Positions 26,563 through 36,067 of a stretch of DNA of 64,000 nt are shown in pieces. Made by a program: the position numbers and the translations under genes. The notes beneath the pieces are model-generated. The model saw only the letters and a list, made by a program, of their open reading frames with translations. It had not been told where the DNA came from and ran no database searches. Source of the DNA: a virus (lineage: Duplodnaviria > Caudoviricetes); IMG/VR virus record IMGVR_UViG_3300046167_000724. One strand, 5' to 3'. The number at the start of each line of letters is the position of its first letter. The stretch's first letter is position 1.

Positions 26563-28232
26563 AAATAGTATCGATTGAATTTAAAAATATCGCATCTTAC
26601 GGAAACAAAAAGCAAAAGCTTGAGTTCCCAGAAGATTCAGCAGAATTATATTTAACTTTAGGTAAAAATGGCTACGGTAAAACAACCATTGCAAATGCTA
26701 TTGTATTTGGTTTATATGGTAAAGTTGAAGGTGTGAAACTTGGTGACTTACCTAATCGTATTAATAAAGAACTTTGGGTTAGAGTTAATGTGATTTGTGG
26801 TACAATGAATGTTGTTATCGAAAGAGGTTTAGCACCAAGCAAATTCAGCGTAACTATTAACGGCGTTGAATACGATAAGGCTGGTAAGAAATCTGTACAG
26901 GATTATTTAGAAGATGAAGTATATGGTATTCCCTATCATGTATTTAAGAACATTATCATTTTATCTATTAATGATTTCAAGTCTTTCTTGACAATGACAC
27001 CTACTGATAAAAAACAAATTATCGATAGAATGTTTGGTTTTTCAGTATTGAATGATATGCAGCGTGTTGTTAAAGAAGACCGTAAAGTTCTCAAGTCTGA
27101 CTTAGATAGTTTTGAATCTGAATTGACACAAATCAATGAGTCTATTATTCAAGTTAAAATGCAACTTAATAAGATGCAAGCTGAGAGTGCTGAAAAAGAT
27201 AAAGATAAGATTAAGCAGCTTAAAGACAAATTAGTTAAATTTAATGACAATAAGAACAAGCTTGAAGATGCACAACAAACTATTGTTAAGCACCTAGGCA
27301 AACTTGAAGATGATTTATCTACTAAGAATGTAAGCTATTCTAATTTAAATTATGAATTGCAAACACTTAAGAAAAAACTAGCACTTTACGAAAAGAACGC
27401 ATGTCCAACATGTGAGACACCATTAGATACTGAATTCCATACTGAAAAGAAAGATGCTTATAATGTAAAAGCTGAGGCTATTCCAGGTAAAATGGAAGTA
27501 TTAGAGTCTGAAGTTGGTGCTGTAAAGTCAAGTATTCAAGACGCTCGTACCAAGCAGTCGGCCATTCGTGATAAAGTATCAGCGTTGAAAACAAACATGC
27601 AGGTTATTAAGAATGAATTGATTAATATCCAAAAAGCATCAACGGACGCTGACCAGTTTGCACATCTTGAAAACTTAATCAGTCAATTCAAAACACAAGA
27701 AGATGATAAGACTTCTGAAAAGTCAACAGTCTCTAATGATTATTACTTCCTTGAAACTATTGAAGCTATTTTAGGTGAAGATGGTGTAAAGAACATGGCA
27801 GTTAAAACAATCCTACCGGGTTTGAATGCTAATATTGCTGCAATGATTAACACAATGCACTTACCGTTTCATATTAGATTTGATGATAAGTTTAATTGTA
27901 TTATTAATCACTTAGGTGAAGAAATCAATCCAATGACACTTTCAACAGGTGAGCGTAAAGCTGCGGACTTTATTATCATTATTGCTATCATCAAGATTCT
28001 TAAGTTAAGATTCCCACAATTAAATCTATTATTTTTAGATGAGTTACTTTCATCAGTTGATTCTGATGGTGTTTATAACATACTTAAGATTTTAGCTCAA
28101 GTGATTAAAGAGAATAAAATCAATACGTTTGTGATTAACCATTCAGTTTTACCTCACGAAATCTTTGATAAGAAAATACAGATTTATCGTGATAACGGTT
28201 TCTCTAAATTTGAAATTGAGACCATAGAATAG
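26559..28232 (+). CDS. gp46: Recombination ATPase subunit (Rad50/SbcC-like)
   Basis: GKNGYGKT, CPTC zinc hook, LSTGE, LDE. Confidence 0.93.
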   Translation: MKIVSIEFKNIASYGNKKQKLEFPEDSAELYLTLGKNGYGKTTIANAIVFGLYGKVEGVKLGDLPNRINKELWVRVNVICGTMNVVIERGLAPSKFSVTINGVEYDKAGKKSVQDYLEDEVYGIPYHVFKNIIILSINDFKSFLTMTPTDKKQIIDRMFGFSVLNDMQRVVKEDRKVLKSDLDSFESELTQINESIIQVKMQLNKMQAESAEKDKDKIKQLKDKLVKFNDNKNKLEDAQQTIVKHLGKLEDDLSTKNVSYSNLNYELQTLKKKLALYEKNACPTCETPLDTEFHTEKKDAYNVKAEAIPGKMEVLESEVGAVKSSIQDARTKQSAIRDKVSALKTNMQVIKNELINIQKASTDADQFAHLENLISQFKTQEDDKTSEKSTVSNDYYFLETIEAILGEDGVKNMAVKTILPGLNANIAAMINTMHLPFHIRFDDKFNCIINHLGEEINPMTLSTGERKAADFIIIIAIIKILKLRFPQLNLLFLDELLSSVDSDGVYNILKILAQVIKENKINTFVINHSVLPHEIFDKKIQIYRDNGFSKFEIETIE

Positions 28233-28233
28233 A

Positions 28234-28241
28234 GATATATA
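28234..28241 (+). promoter_or_regulatory. Late-type promoter motif GATATATA
   Basis: Recurring octamer. Confidence 0.6.
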
Positions 28242-28247
28242 CTATCT

Positions 28248-29036
28248 ATGGCAACGTACAACGTAAAATTTAACAAGGATGATAGTGTTATTAGACACGT
28301 CATTATAGGTCTCTTAGCAGATTTAAATAATAAGGTGTACTTTTACCGTCAACTTGATAATAATAAAAGAGTTGAGGTTGATGTACCTTTTTATTATGCA
28401 GTATCTGGCGATGAAGATTTCTTAAAGGATAACTTTTTATTCTTGACTAAAGATGGTTTAAGATGTGAACCTGACGGTGCTAAAGCTGATGGTAATTACG
28501 ATAGGGTTCCACGTGGTGTGGTAAACTTTACCGGTATGTCTATCGATTCTGCTAAATTAGTTAACAAGCGCATTAGAGGTTCATATACTAAGATGAATGA
28601 GAATGGTGCAATGGAAGGTTACAATGCTGAATTTGAAATGATTCCAGTTAACATTTCAGTTGATGTTGAAATTATCACATCATCACAGTTAGATAACTTT
28701 AAGATTGTTGAACGTATTATTAAAAGACTGTATAAATCAAATCAATATAATATAGAGGTTGGTGATTTGAATGAGGGTTCTTATAGACTTTCATCTTATT
28801 ATGCAATGCCTGAGGATTATACAGTAGAAAGACCTATTGAATTTTCATTTGATTCAAATGAAGGTTATAAGGTTACATTCTCATTAGAAATTAATTCATT
28901 CATTCCATCGTTTGAATGGGAAACTGAAATGCATGTTGGTAACAGGATGTTTGAAATCCACACACAGCCTACAAACACTAAGGAAGAGGATTTTAATAGA
29001 ACATCTGATGATAATCCAAAACGCATCGTAGACTAA
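28248..29036 (+). CDS. gp15: Tail sheath stabiliser/completion protein (gp15-like)
   Basis: VPFYY, VPR, IPVNISV, QIVE-type pattern; late motif upstream. Confidence 0.65.
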   Translation: MATYNVKFNKDDSVIRHVIIGLLADLNNKVYFYRQLDNNKRVEVDVPFYYAVSGDEDFLKDNFLFLTKDGLRCEPDGAKADGNYDRVPRGVVNFTGMSIDSAKLVNKRIRGSYTKMNENGAMEGYNAEFEMIPVNISVDVEIITSSQLDNFKIVERIIKRLYKSNQYNIEVGDLNEGSYRLSSYYAMPEDYTVERPIEFSFDSNEGYKVTFSLEINSFIPSFEWETEMHVGNRMFEIHTQPTNTKEEDFNRTSDDNPKRIVD

Positions 29037-29044
29037 GATATATA
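29037..29044 (+). promoter_or_regulatory. Late-type promoter motif GATATATA
   Basis: Recurring octamer. Confidence 0.6.
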
Positions 29045-29067
29045 AAAAAATAAAGAATATTATAACT

Positions 29068-29832
29068 ATGAATCTTTCACCAGTTAAAATTATTAACGAA
29101 AACGAAATTGAATTTTACCTACATGGTAAATCATTCACTGTAAACACTACTGAAAATACTGTAGTTGAAAACGAAACTATTTCAAAAGAACTTCACACAT
29201 TAGCATGGGCTGTTGAAAACTTCCAGTTCATTGAAGATAAAATTGTATGGCATAAAGGTATACACAAAATGTGGTACAATATTACTGAAGCGAAATTCTA
29301 TATGGGTAATACTGAAGTTTTAGATGAAGGTTTTGTTAACTTCATTATGGCTGCTGGTATTATTAGATACAATGAAAAGCCAGTTGCTGAAGCATTTGTA
29401 TATGCTGCAAATAATGCTGAATCATTTGTTAATTTAGACTTTGTTAAAACAGTTAATGAAAATGGTAACCTAATTGATGTTATGAAGTTTGGCGAAAACA
29501 TTTATATTTCTAGAATTAATGAAGCTGCTAAAATCTATAATTTCTTTAAGGCAAACACTGCAAATGCTGCAGTTGAGTATGTTAATGAAAAGACTAATGT
29601 AAACATCACTGAATTTGTTGCTGAATTAGTTGAAGGCGAATTAACTGAATATGTTGATGCACTTGATGAAATTGCAAAGAAGCAAGAAATCATTACATTC
29701 TTAAAAGATCAAAGAAACAGATTAGCTGAAGCTGATAAATCAATTGAAGAAATCAATGCAGCAGACGCACTTATTGAAAGTGAGATTGCTAAATTTGAAA
29801 CTGAAATTAAAGAATTAAAAGCTACGCTATAA
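29068..29832 (+). CDS. Late hypothetical protein with C-terminal coiled coil
   Basis: ORF under late motif. Confidence 0.7.
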   Translation: MNLSPVKIINENEIEFYLHGKSFTVNTTENTVVENETISKELHTLAWAVENFQFIEDKIVWHKGIHKMWYNITEAKFYMGNTEVLDEGFVNFIMAAGIIRYNEKPVAEAFVYAANNAESFVNLDFVKTVNENGNLIDVMKFGENIYISRINEAAKIYNFFKANTANAAVEYVNEKTNVNITEFVAELVEGELTEYVDALDEIAKKQEIITFLKDQRNRLAEADKSIEEINAADALIESEIAKFETEIKELKATL

Positions 29833-30089
29833 TGCAATCTAAATTTATTAAAACATTTGAGCAATTTGTAATAAACGAAGAAGAAATCTCAAGATCAACT
29901 GGTTATGTACCGGGTTCTTTGAAAAAAGAATTTGAAAATTTACCAGCGGGTACTAAAGTATCTATTGACGCTTTGAATTATTCTCAATCTGCAAACGATG
30001 ACCTTGTTATTTGTTTTACCGACTCTAACGAAAATATGTTAAGAGTCCCTAAATCAAAACTAGTGCTGGAGGACGGCGAAGGCATTTAA
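29832..30089 (+). CDS. Putative internal head protein (KTFEQFVINE)
   Basis: Capsid-targeting-like N-terminus. Confidence 0.55.
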   Translation: MQSKFIKTFEQFVINEEEISRSTGYVPGSLKKEFENLPAGTKVSIDALNYSQSANDDLVICFTDSNENMLRVPKSKLVLEDGEGI

Positions 30090-30137
30090 TTTGCTCAAAT
30101 ATTATTAAAGTTCTTTAGGATTCTATTCCTTTGGATC

Positions 30138-30161
30138 AAGCCCGGTAACCCCGGGCTTTTT
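30138..30161 (+). terminator. Intrinsic terminator
   Basis: AAGCCCGG-taacc-CCGGGCTT-TTT. Confidence 0.85.
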
Positions 30162-30176
30162 ACTTGTGTCTCTTTT

Positions 30177-30205
30177 GAAACACTTAATGATAACTATCGT
30201 ATAAT
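30177..30205 (+). promoter_or_regulatory. Middle-type promoter GAAACA-N17-TATAAT
   Basis: Recurring motif; drives the late sigma gene. Confidence 0.75.
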
Positions 30206-30237
30206 AAGTAATAATATTAATAACAACTACACTAATC

Positions 30238-30612
30238 GTGGCTAGAAAAAAGAATTATTTAAATAACAAAGACCTTTACGCAGAGATTGTAAAGTCAAAA
30301 GAACAGGATAAGCTGACGCCGACTGCTGAAAAAATGCTTATACTATTGGCTGAAAACGCAATCCGTAAAATGTCATATGTTTATAATGATGATAGGCAAG
30401 ATTGTTTACAGTTTGCTATACTTGATCTTTTAAAGTACTGGCGTAACTTTAATCCAAAGTACCCTAACGCATTTGCATACTTTACGGAGATTGCGAAACG
30501 TGGCTACGCTAAAGGTTGGAATAAAATTCACCCGGTTAAATATAAAGATACAATGTCAATTGATAGAGCAGGTGCTAAACCAGGTGAAGAAGGTGGCTTG
30601 TTTTCTATATAA
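30238..30612 (+). CDS. gp55: Short gp55-like late sigma factor
   Basis: NYLNNKDL N-terminus and NFNPKYPNAFAYFT resemble T4 gp55 region 2; GTG start. Confidence 0.75.
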   Translation: MARKKNYLNNKDLYAEIVKSKEQDKLTPTAEKMLILLAENAIRKMSYVYNDDRQDCLQFAILDLLKYWRNFNPKYPNAFAYFTEIAKRGYAKGWNKIHPVKYKDTMSIDRAGAKPGEEGGLFSI

Positions 30613-31088
30613 TGTCAATCAAGAAGGTTCGCCCTACAAAAAAGTCTAAGTTTATACAAGGTTATTTTAAACCTAATAATCCTTCAAAATATGTAGGACC
30701 TGAACCTATTATATACAGGTCATCTTGGGAACGTAAGTTTATGATGTGGTGTGATAATAACGAGCTTGTTATTATGTGGTCATCTGAACCTGTTGAAATA
30801 CCGTATTGGTCAAAACTTCATAAAAAGCAACGTAAGTATTATCCTGACTTTTATATTAAAGTTAAAAAGCACGATGGCGAAATTGACCATATCCTTATAG
30901 AGATTAAGCCAGAGGCTCAAATCAAAAAACCAAAACCACCCACTAAAAATTCTAAAAAAGCTTTAGACAATTACAGATTTCTTGCAGAACAGTATGTAAT
31001 TAATAAGGATAAATATATTGCGGCACAACACTTTGCTAATGATAGAGGTTGGCGGTTTGCTGTAATGACAGAAAAGTCTCTTAAATAA
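30612..31088 (+). CDS. gp4: Head completion protein (TnsA-like endonuclease fold)
   Basis: QGYFKP, YRSSWE, WSSE, YYPDF, EIKP. Confidence 0.88.
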   Translation: MSIKKVRPTKKSKFIQGYFKPNNPSKYVGPEPIIYRSSWERKFMMWCDNNELVIMWSSEPVEIPYWSKLHKKQRKYYPDFYIKVKKHDGEIDHILIEIKPEAQIKKPKPPTKNSKKALDNYRFLAEQYVINKDKYIAAQHFANDRGWRFAVMTEKSLK

Positions 31089-31693
31089 TGGGTCAAATTA
31101 AAAAAGACATTCAAGCTTTAGTTTCAGAATTAGGTTCTAAATCAAATGCCATTAAGGAATCAACTAAATGGTATTCAACATCGTTGTCAGCTTTTAGAAA
31201 TAAAGAGGTTGTTAAGTACGGTGAGCGATTCAGACCTGGTAAGATTTATGTATTTAGGTATGATAACCCCATTACAGAAAATATAGAATGGTGGGATAGA
31301 AATCCAGTTGTTTTAGCCTTAGACCCACATAAAAGCAACGATGTCGGTATAAATCTAAACATGCTTCCACAAGATGTAAAAGAAACATTACTGGATGATT
31401 TACATATAAGATTAAATGGGCAGATAAAAACCAACAAAACAAGGTCGCCTAATAATGCATCGGGTCAAGGTCAATTAAACCTAACATATGCCGGTGCAAA
31501 ACGTTATTTAGACAAGTTTGGTTGTGGTTTTGCTATAAGACAATATAAACCAAACTTAAAAGCTAAACAAGCTGTGGTGTCTTATGAGAACTGGTCAAAG
31601 ATTGTACTTTGTGATTTTGCAGATTTTGAAGGTATTTCAAGAGGTGCGATAATGGCGATGTATAAAAAGTATTATAATAATAAGAATATATAA
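31088..31693 (+). CDS. gp2: DNA end protector
   Basis: GKIYVFRYD, WDRNP, GINLNML pattern. Confidence 0.75.
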   Translation: MGQIKKDIQALVSELGSKSNAIKESTKWYSTSLSAFRNKEVVKYGERFRPGKIYVFRYDNPITENIEWWDRNPVVLALDPHKSNDVGINLNMLPQDVKETLLDDLHIRLNGQIKTNKTRSPNNASGQGQLNLTYAGAKRYLDKFGCGFAIRQYKPNLKAKQAVVSYENWSKIVLCDFADFEGISRGAIMAMYKKYYNNKNI

Positions 31694-31711
31694 ACAAATT
31701 AAAGCAATTAA

Positions 31712-33313
31712 ATGGCAGGTTTTGTAAATCCAAAAAATGGACCTCTTTCTTACGGTAAGAGACCATTTACTTTAAGTACGGCTCTTAAGAGTCTTTCGTC
31801 GTTTGGAATGTACTATGATGACATGGTACTTCGCCAATCACAGGCAATTGGCCCAGTAGAAGATGCATTAGGCTACGGTCAAATGAACATGATGGGTGTT
31901 GACAATGACGATATGTACAGTGCATTCGCATCGCTGTCAATGGCTGATACTAATATGCGTAAATCAATCCCTCTTTTTGATAGGGATTACGAATCTAAGA
32001 GAGAAGAGCTTAGAAAATTTTCGCTAAATGATGAGATTGAAGATATACTTGATATCCTTTGTGATGAAACAATGGTATATGACGAAAAGAATTTCTTTTG
32101 TTATCCAGATATTATTGGCTTAGATGTATCTGATGAGGTTGATGCTTATTTTAAAAGGTCGTTCAGACAGATTTATCAATACTTCGGATTTAACGGTGAC
32201 CAATCAGCTTGGTACTTTTTTAGAAAGTTCCTGATTGACGGTTATTTGTCTTTTGAAATTATTTATAACGAAGAGCAAACTGAAATTATTGGGTTTAAAG
32301 AGATTGACCCTATTACTTTAATGCCAGGTTTTAATAATGATGATGGTAAAAAGGTATGGATTCAGTTTAAGGATAATCCAATGAAGGAAAGAGTACTTTA
32401 TGATTCACAAATCATTTATATCTCTTATTCTTCTATTACAACAGTATCTAGAGTTTCTTATGTTGAGCGTTTGATTAGAGCGTTTAACTTGATGAGAATT
32501 ATGGAACACACTCGTGTAATTTGGGCAGTTACTAATGCTTCATTTAGAATGAAGTTTGTTATCCCAATGGGTGGTAAGTCTAAGACAAGGGCTAAACAGT
32601 CTCTTGCACAGTTAATGAACAACTATAAAGAGGTTGTAGACTTTGATTGGGAATCAGGTACATTAGAGACTGATGGTAAACCAATGCTACAATTCTCAAG
32701 AGAATACTGGTTACCTTCTAAAGAGGGTGAAACTCCAGAAATCGAAACGCTTGGTGGTGACGGACCTGACCTTTCAGATACAGAAGCACTTAAGTACTTT
32801 GCAGATAAATTAAAGCATGTTTCTAAAATTCCTTATAATAGATTCATGTATGAAGATGGTGGTGGTGATTTTAATCTAGCCGCTGATGGTATGATTAGAG
32901 ATGAAATTAAGTTTTCTAAGTTTATTAGAAGACTTCGTTCAGCATTCCAAGAGGTATTGGTTAAGCCAATGTACTTACAAATGTGTTTAAAATATCCTGA
33001 GTTTGCTAATGACCCACAATTTAGAACTCAAATTGCATTAAGATTCAACGAGGAGAATATGTTCGCTGAACTTAAGAACATGGAAATCATGGAAAGAAGA
33101 CTAGACTTTATTGGACAAATGAGAGATAACTTAATGGTTACCGACCCAATGACAATGGAAGAAGACCACTTCTTTGATATGGACTTCTTAGTTGACAAGT
33201 ATCTAAAACTATCACCAGACGATAAAGAGGCAAATGCTGCATATAAGGCAAGGTCAACTGAATCTGAGGCCGGTGAAGAGCCAGAAGACCCAATGGGTGC
33301 AATGGGCATGTAA
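31712..33313 (+). CDS. gp20: Portal protein
   Basis: FLIDGYLSF, IWAVTNA, EYWLP, EIETLGG, YF..KL...SKIP, RDEIKFSKFI. Confidence 0.93.
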   Translation: MAGFVNPKNGPLSYGKRPFTLSTALKSLSSFGMYYDDMVLRQSQAIGPVEDALGYGQMNMMGVDNDDMYSAFASLSMADTNMRKSIPLFDRDYESKREELRKFSLNDEIEDILDILCDETMVYDEKNFFCYPDIIGLDVSDEVDAYFKRSFRQIYQYFGFNGDQSAWYFFRKFLIDGYLSFEIIYNEEQTEIIGFKEIDPITLMPGFNNDDGKKVWIQFKDNPMKERVLYDSQIIYISYSSITTVSRVSYVERLIRAFNLMRIMEHTRVIWAVTNASFRMKFVIPMGGKSKTRAKQSLAQLMNNYKEVVDFDWESGTLETDGKPMLQFSREYWLPSKEGETPEIETLGGDGPDLSDTEALKYFADKLKHVSKIPYNRFMYEDGGGDFNLAADGMIRDEIKFSKFIRRLRSAFQEVLVKPMYLQMCLKYPEFANDPQFRTQIALRFNEENMFAELKNMEIMERRLDFIGQMRDNLMVTDPMTMEEDHFFDMDFLVDKYLKLSPDDKEANAAYKARSTESEAGEEPEDPMGAMGM

Positions 33314-33329
33314 AAAAATTAAAACTAAA

Positions 33330-33662
33330 ATGATTATAAAAACATTTGAACAGTTTATAGCTATTAAAGAAGATGCTATTAATGCAGGACCAGAGTCTGA
33401 GGTTGTAATTGATGATATGATTACAACTAATGGTACTGAAATTTCTGCAGAAGAAATCTTAGGTATTGTTGTATCTTCAGATAACGAAAAACAGGTTGAA
33501 ACTAAAATTCGTGAAAAGTATGGTGAGCTAGCATTTTCTACAGAAGACATATCTATTATTAAAAAATACTGGAATGACTATTCAGCTGAAAACAAAGAAA
33601 AAGAGTTAGAGGCTGAAAAAGAAGCAGAGGGCGGTGAAGAAGACCCAATGGCGGGTATTTAA
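33330..33662 (+). CDS. Small acidic prohead core-like protein (MIIKTFEQF)
   Basis: Position between portal and protease like T4 gp67/68; ATG 33330 inside track ORF 33234. Confidence 0.55.
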   Translation: MIIKTFEQFIAIKEDAINAGPESEVVIDDMITTNGTEISAEEILGIVVSSDNEKQVETKIREKYGELAFSTEDISIIKKYWNDYSAENKEKELEAEKEAEGGEEDPMAGI

Positions 33663-33696
33663 TATAAAAAAACAAAATTCTTTGTTTTTTAACGTT

Positions 33697-33704
33697 GATA
33701 TATA
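33697..33704 (+). promoter_or_regulatory. Late-type promoter motif GATATATA
   Basis: Recurring octamer. Confidence 0.6.
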
Positions 33705-33725
33705 AACAAACATACTAACAGATTC

Positions 33726-35924
33726 ATGAATTATAATAATCTATTAATACTTGAAAGATCATCAAGTACTCTAATCGCTGACGAAAAGTCTGGCAATTAT
33801 GTACTAGAGGGTATCTTCGGTGAGATCGATAAGAAAAACAAAAACAATCGTATCTATACTGAAGGTGAATATGTACCTCAAATTGAAGCTCTTCAAGAAA
33901 AAATTAAGTCATCAAAACTTCTAGGTGAATTAGATCACCCTGCTAAGTTTGATGTATCATTAAAGAATGTATCGCACATTATCGAAGAATTATATTACGA
34001 TAGCGATCTTAAACAAGTTAAGGGTAAAATCAGATTACTAGATACAGATGCTGGCCGTCAGGCTAAAGCACTTGTAGATGCTGGTGTACCTTTACAAATA
34101 TCTTCTAGAGCTGCTGGTGAAGTTAGTGAGGGTGGTCAAGTTAAAATTAAACAATTATTCACTTATGATTTAGTTGCTGACCCGGGTTTCGCGAATGCTG
34201 AGCTTAATAGAGTTAACGAATCTTTTGGATTCGAGTCAGACAGTAACATTCAAATCTTTGAGATGATGCCTGAAACTCTGGTTACAGAAACTGAAAATAT
34301 CAAAACTGAAAATAATACAAATAATACAACATCAATCATGGAAAATCAAGCTAGATTTGTAAGTGTTGAAGACTTTAACAAGTACTCTACGTACTTAGCT
34401 GAAGAAATCAAAGCACTTAAAGAATCTCTTGCAGGTACTTCTACTGAAGATATTGAAGAGAAAATGGAAGCGCTTACAAATTATGTAGAGCACGTTGCTG
34501 AAAAAGCAGACCAGGGCATTCAATACACTGAGTACATTGCAGAGAACCTAGATAAGTCAATCGACTATTCTAACTATGTTGCTGAAAAATTAGATAATTC
34601 TATTTCTTATTCAGAGCACGTTGCAGAAGCTGCGTCAAACGTTAAGGAATACGCCAATTATTTAGCAGAAGCAATGAACGAAGGTGCTGCTGATTACGAA
34701 AACGTAACAAAGTACTTAAACTATTTAAAAGAAAATGTAGAGTCTGTATCTGAGTATGCTGACTACATTGCTGAAACAATCAACACTAACCTAATTGTTG
34801 AAACTGAAGTTGCAAACGACGGTGACGATGTTACGGGCACTGAAGCTGACGACCTTAAGTCTGATGCTAAAGAAGTAAACAATGATGTTAATGCACCTGA
34901 AGACAAGTCTGCAGAATTAGAAGCTGACTTAGCTAAAGATGCGGCGCCATCTAAAGTGGTTGTTGAAGCTGATATTAAAGCAAACGACGGTGACGATGTT
35001 ACGGGTGTTGAAGCAGATGACCTTAAGTCTGATGCTAAAGAGATTAACAATGATGTTAATGCACCTGAAGACAAGTCTGCAGAATTAGAAGCTGACTTAG
35101 CTAAAGATGCTGCACCATCTAAAGAAGTAGTTGAATCTGAAGAAGCTGAAGAAGAAGTTGCTGAAGAAGTTGCTGAAGAAGAAACTGAAGAAGTAGTTGA
35201 ATCTGAAGAAGCTGAAGAAGCTGAAGAAGAAGTTGCTGAAGAAGAAACTGAAGAAGTAGTTGAATCTGAAGAAGCTGAAGAAGAAGTTGCTGAAGAAGAA
35301 ACTGAAGAAGAAGTTGAAGAAGAAGCAGTTGAAGAATCATGTGATGCATGTGGCGCAAACCCATGTGAGTGTGCTTCTGAATCGGTTGATGCTGTAGAAG
35401 CATACAAAAACGAAATTTCTGAAAAGCTTTCTGCTTTAATTAACAAAGCAACTGTTAAAGAAAATAATAACCCACACTTCTTCAAACTAGTATCTGAAGC
35501 AACTCAAGAAAAGTATAACGCTTTAGAAGAAGCTGACAAGTCTAAAGTACTTGCAACAGTTGAAGGTAGAGGTTACTTAACTGAAGGCCAAATTAATACT
35601 TTAATGGAATCTGCTTTAGTAGAGGTTGCTGGTCAAACTGCACCTTATTTTGTTGAAGCAATGCCATCTGAGTACAAAGAGACTTGGTCTAAACTATCAG
35701 AGGCTAAGAAATCAGTGATTTCTGCTCAAGCTAGAATGGTTAAGCTAACGACACCATACCAAGTTAAAAACTTCTGGGACACAAGAGACCTAAGAGAAAC
35801 ATCAGCGGTAATGGAAAGAGTTGAAATGATTACTGAAGCTAAGAAAATCGAAGCTCCTAAATCAACGCTAACGTATAACACTGATGGTATTGGTGAGGCT
35901 TTAGCAAAAAGATTTAAAAAATAA
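33726..35924 (+). CDS. gp21: Prohead protease (gp21-like) fused to scaffold/core (gp22-like)
   Basis: NKNNRIY, GELDHP, ISSRAAG, YDLVADPG in first ~170 aa; long acidic helical remainder. Confidence 0.85.
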   Translation: MNYNNLLILERSSSTLIADEKSGNYVLEGIFGEIDKKNKNNRIYTEGEYVPQIEALQEKIKSSKLLGELDHPAKFDVSLKNVSHIIEELYYDSDLKQVKGKIRLLDTDAGRQAKALVDAGVPLQISSRAAGEVSEGGQVKIKQLFTYDLVADPGFANAELNRVNESFGFESDSNIQIFEMMPETLVTETENIKTENNTNNTTSIMENQARFVSVEDFNKYSTYLAEEIKALKESLAGTSTEDIEEKMEALTNYVEHVAEKADQGIQYTEYIAENLDKSIDYSNYVAEKLDNSISYSEHVAEAASNVKEYANYLAEAMNEGAADYENVTKYLNYLKENVESVSEYADYIAETINTNLIVETEVANDGDDVTGTEADDLKSDAKEVNNDVNAPEDKSAELEADLAKDAAPSKVVVEADIKANDGDDVTGVEADDLKSDAKEINNDVNAPEDKSAELEADLAKDAAPSKEVVESEEAEEEVAEEVAEEETEEVVESEEAEEAEEEVAEEETEEVVESEEAEEEVAEEETEEEVEEEAVEESCDACGANPCECASESVDAVEAYKNEISEKLSALINKATVKENNNPHFFKLVSEATQEKYNALEEADKSKVLATVEGRGYLTEGQINTLMESALVEVAGQTAPYFVEAMPSEYKETWSKLSEAKKSVISAQARMVKLTTPYQVKNFWDTRDLRETSAVMERVEMITEAKKIEAPKSTLTYNTDGIGEALAKRFKK
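34812..35335 (+). repeat. 168-bp tandem duplication followed by Glu-rich repeats in scaffold domain
   Basis: ANDGDDVTG...KDAAPSK twice; ESEEAEEEVAEE(E) units. Confidence 0.9.
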
Positions 35925-35975
35925 TCAAAAAAACAAAAAAATCATTTTTTTAGCGTAATACTCTAAAAGTACAAT

Positions 35976-35983
35976 GATATATA
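35976..35983 (+). promoter_or_regulatory. Late-type promoter motif GATATATA
   Basis: Recurring octamer upstream of major capsid gene. Confidence 0.65.
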
Positions 35984-36067
35984 ATAAAATCGACGAAAGG
36001 ACGACAGAAGCAAAACGTCCGAGCATGTCGAATTAAACAACAGCCTAAAAATAATAAAATTAATACA

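Noticed and set aside
34763-35485. Ser-rich minus ORF and Leu/Gln-rich plus ORF 35119-35403
   Set aside because: Shadows of the Glu-rich scaffold repeat.
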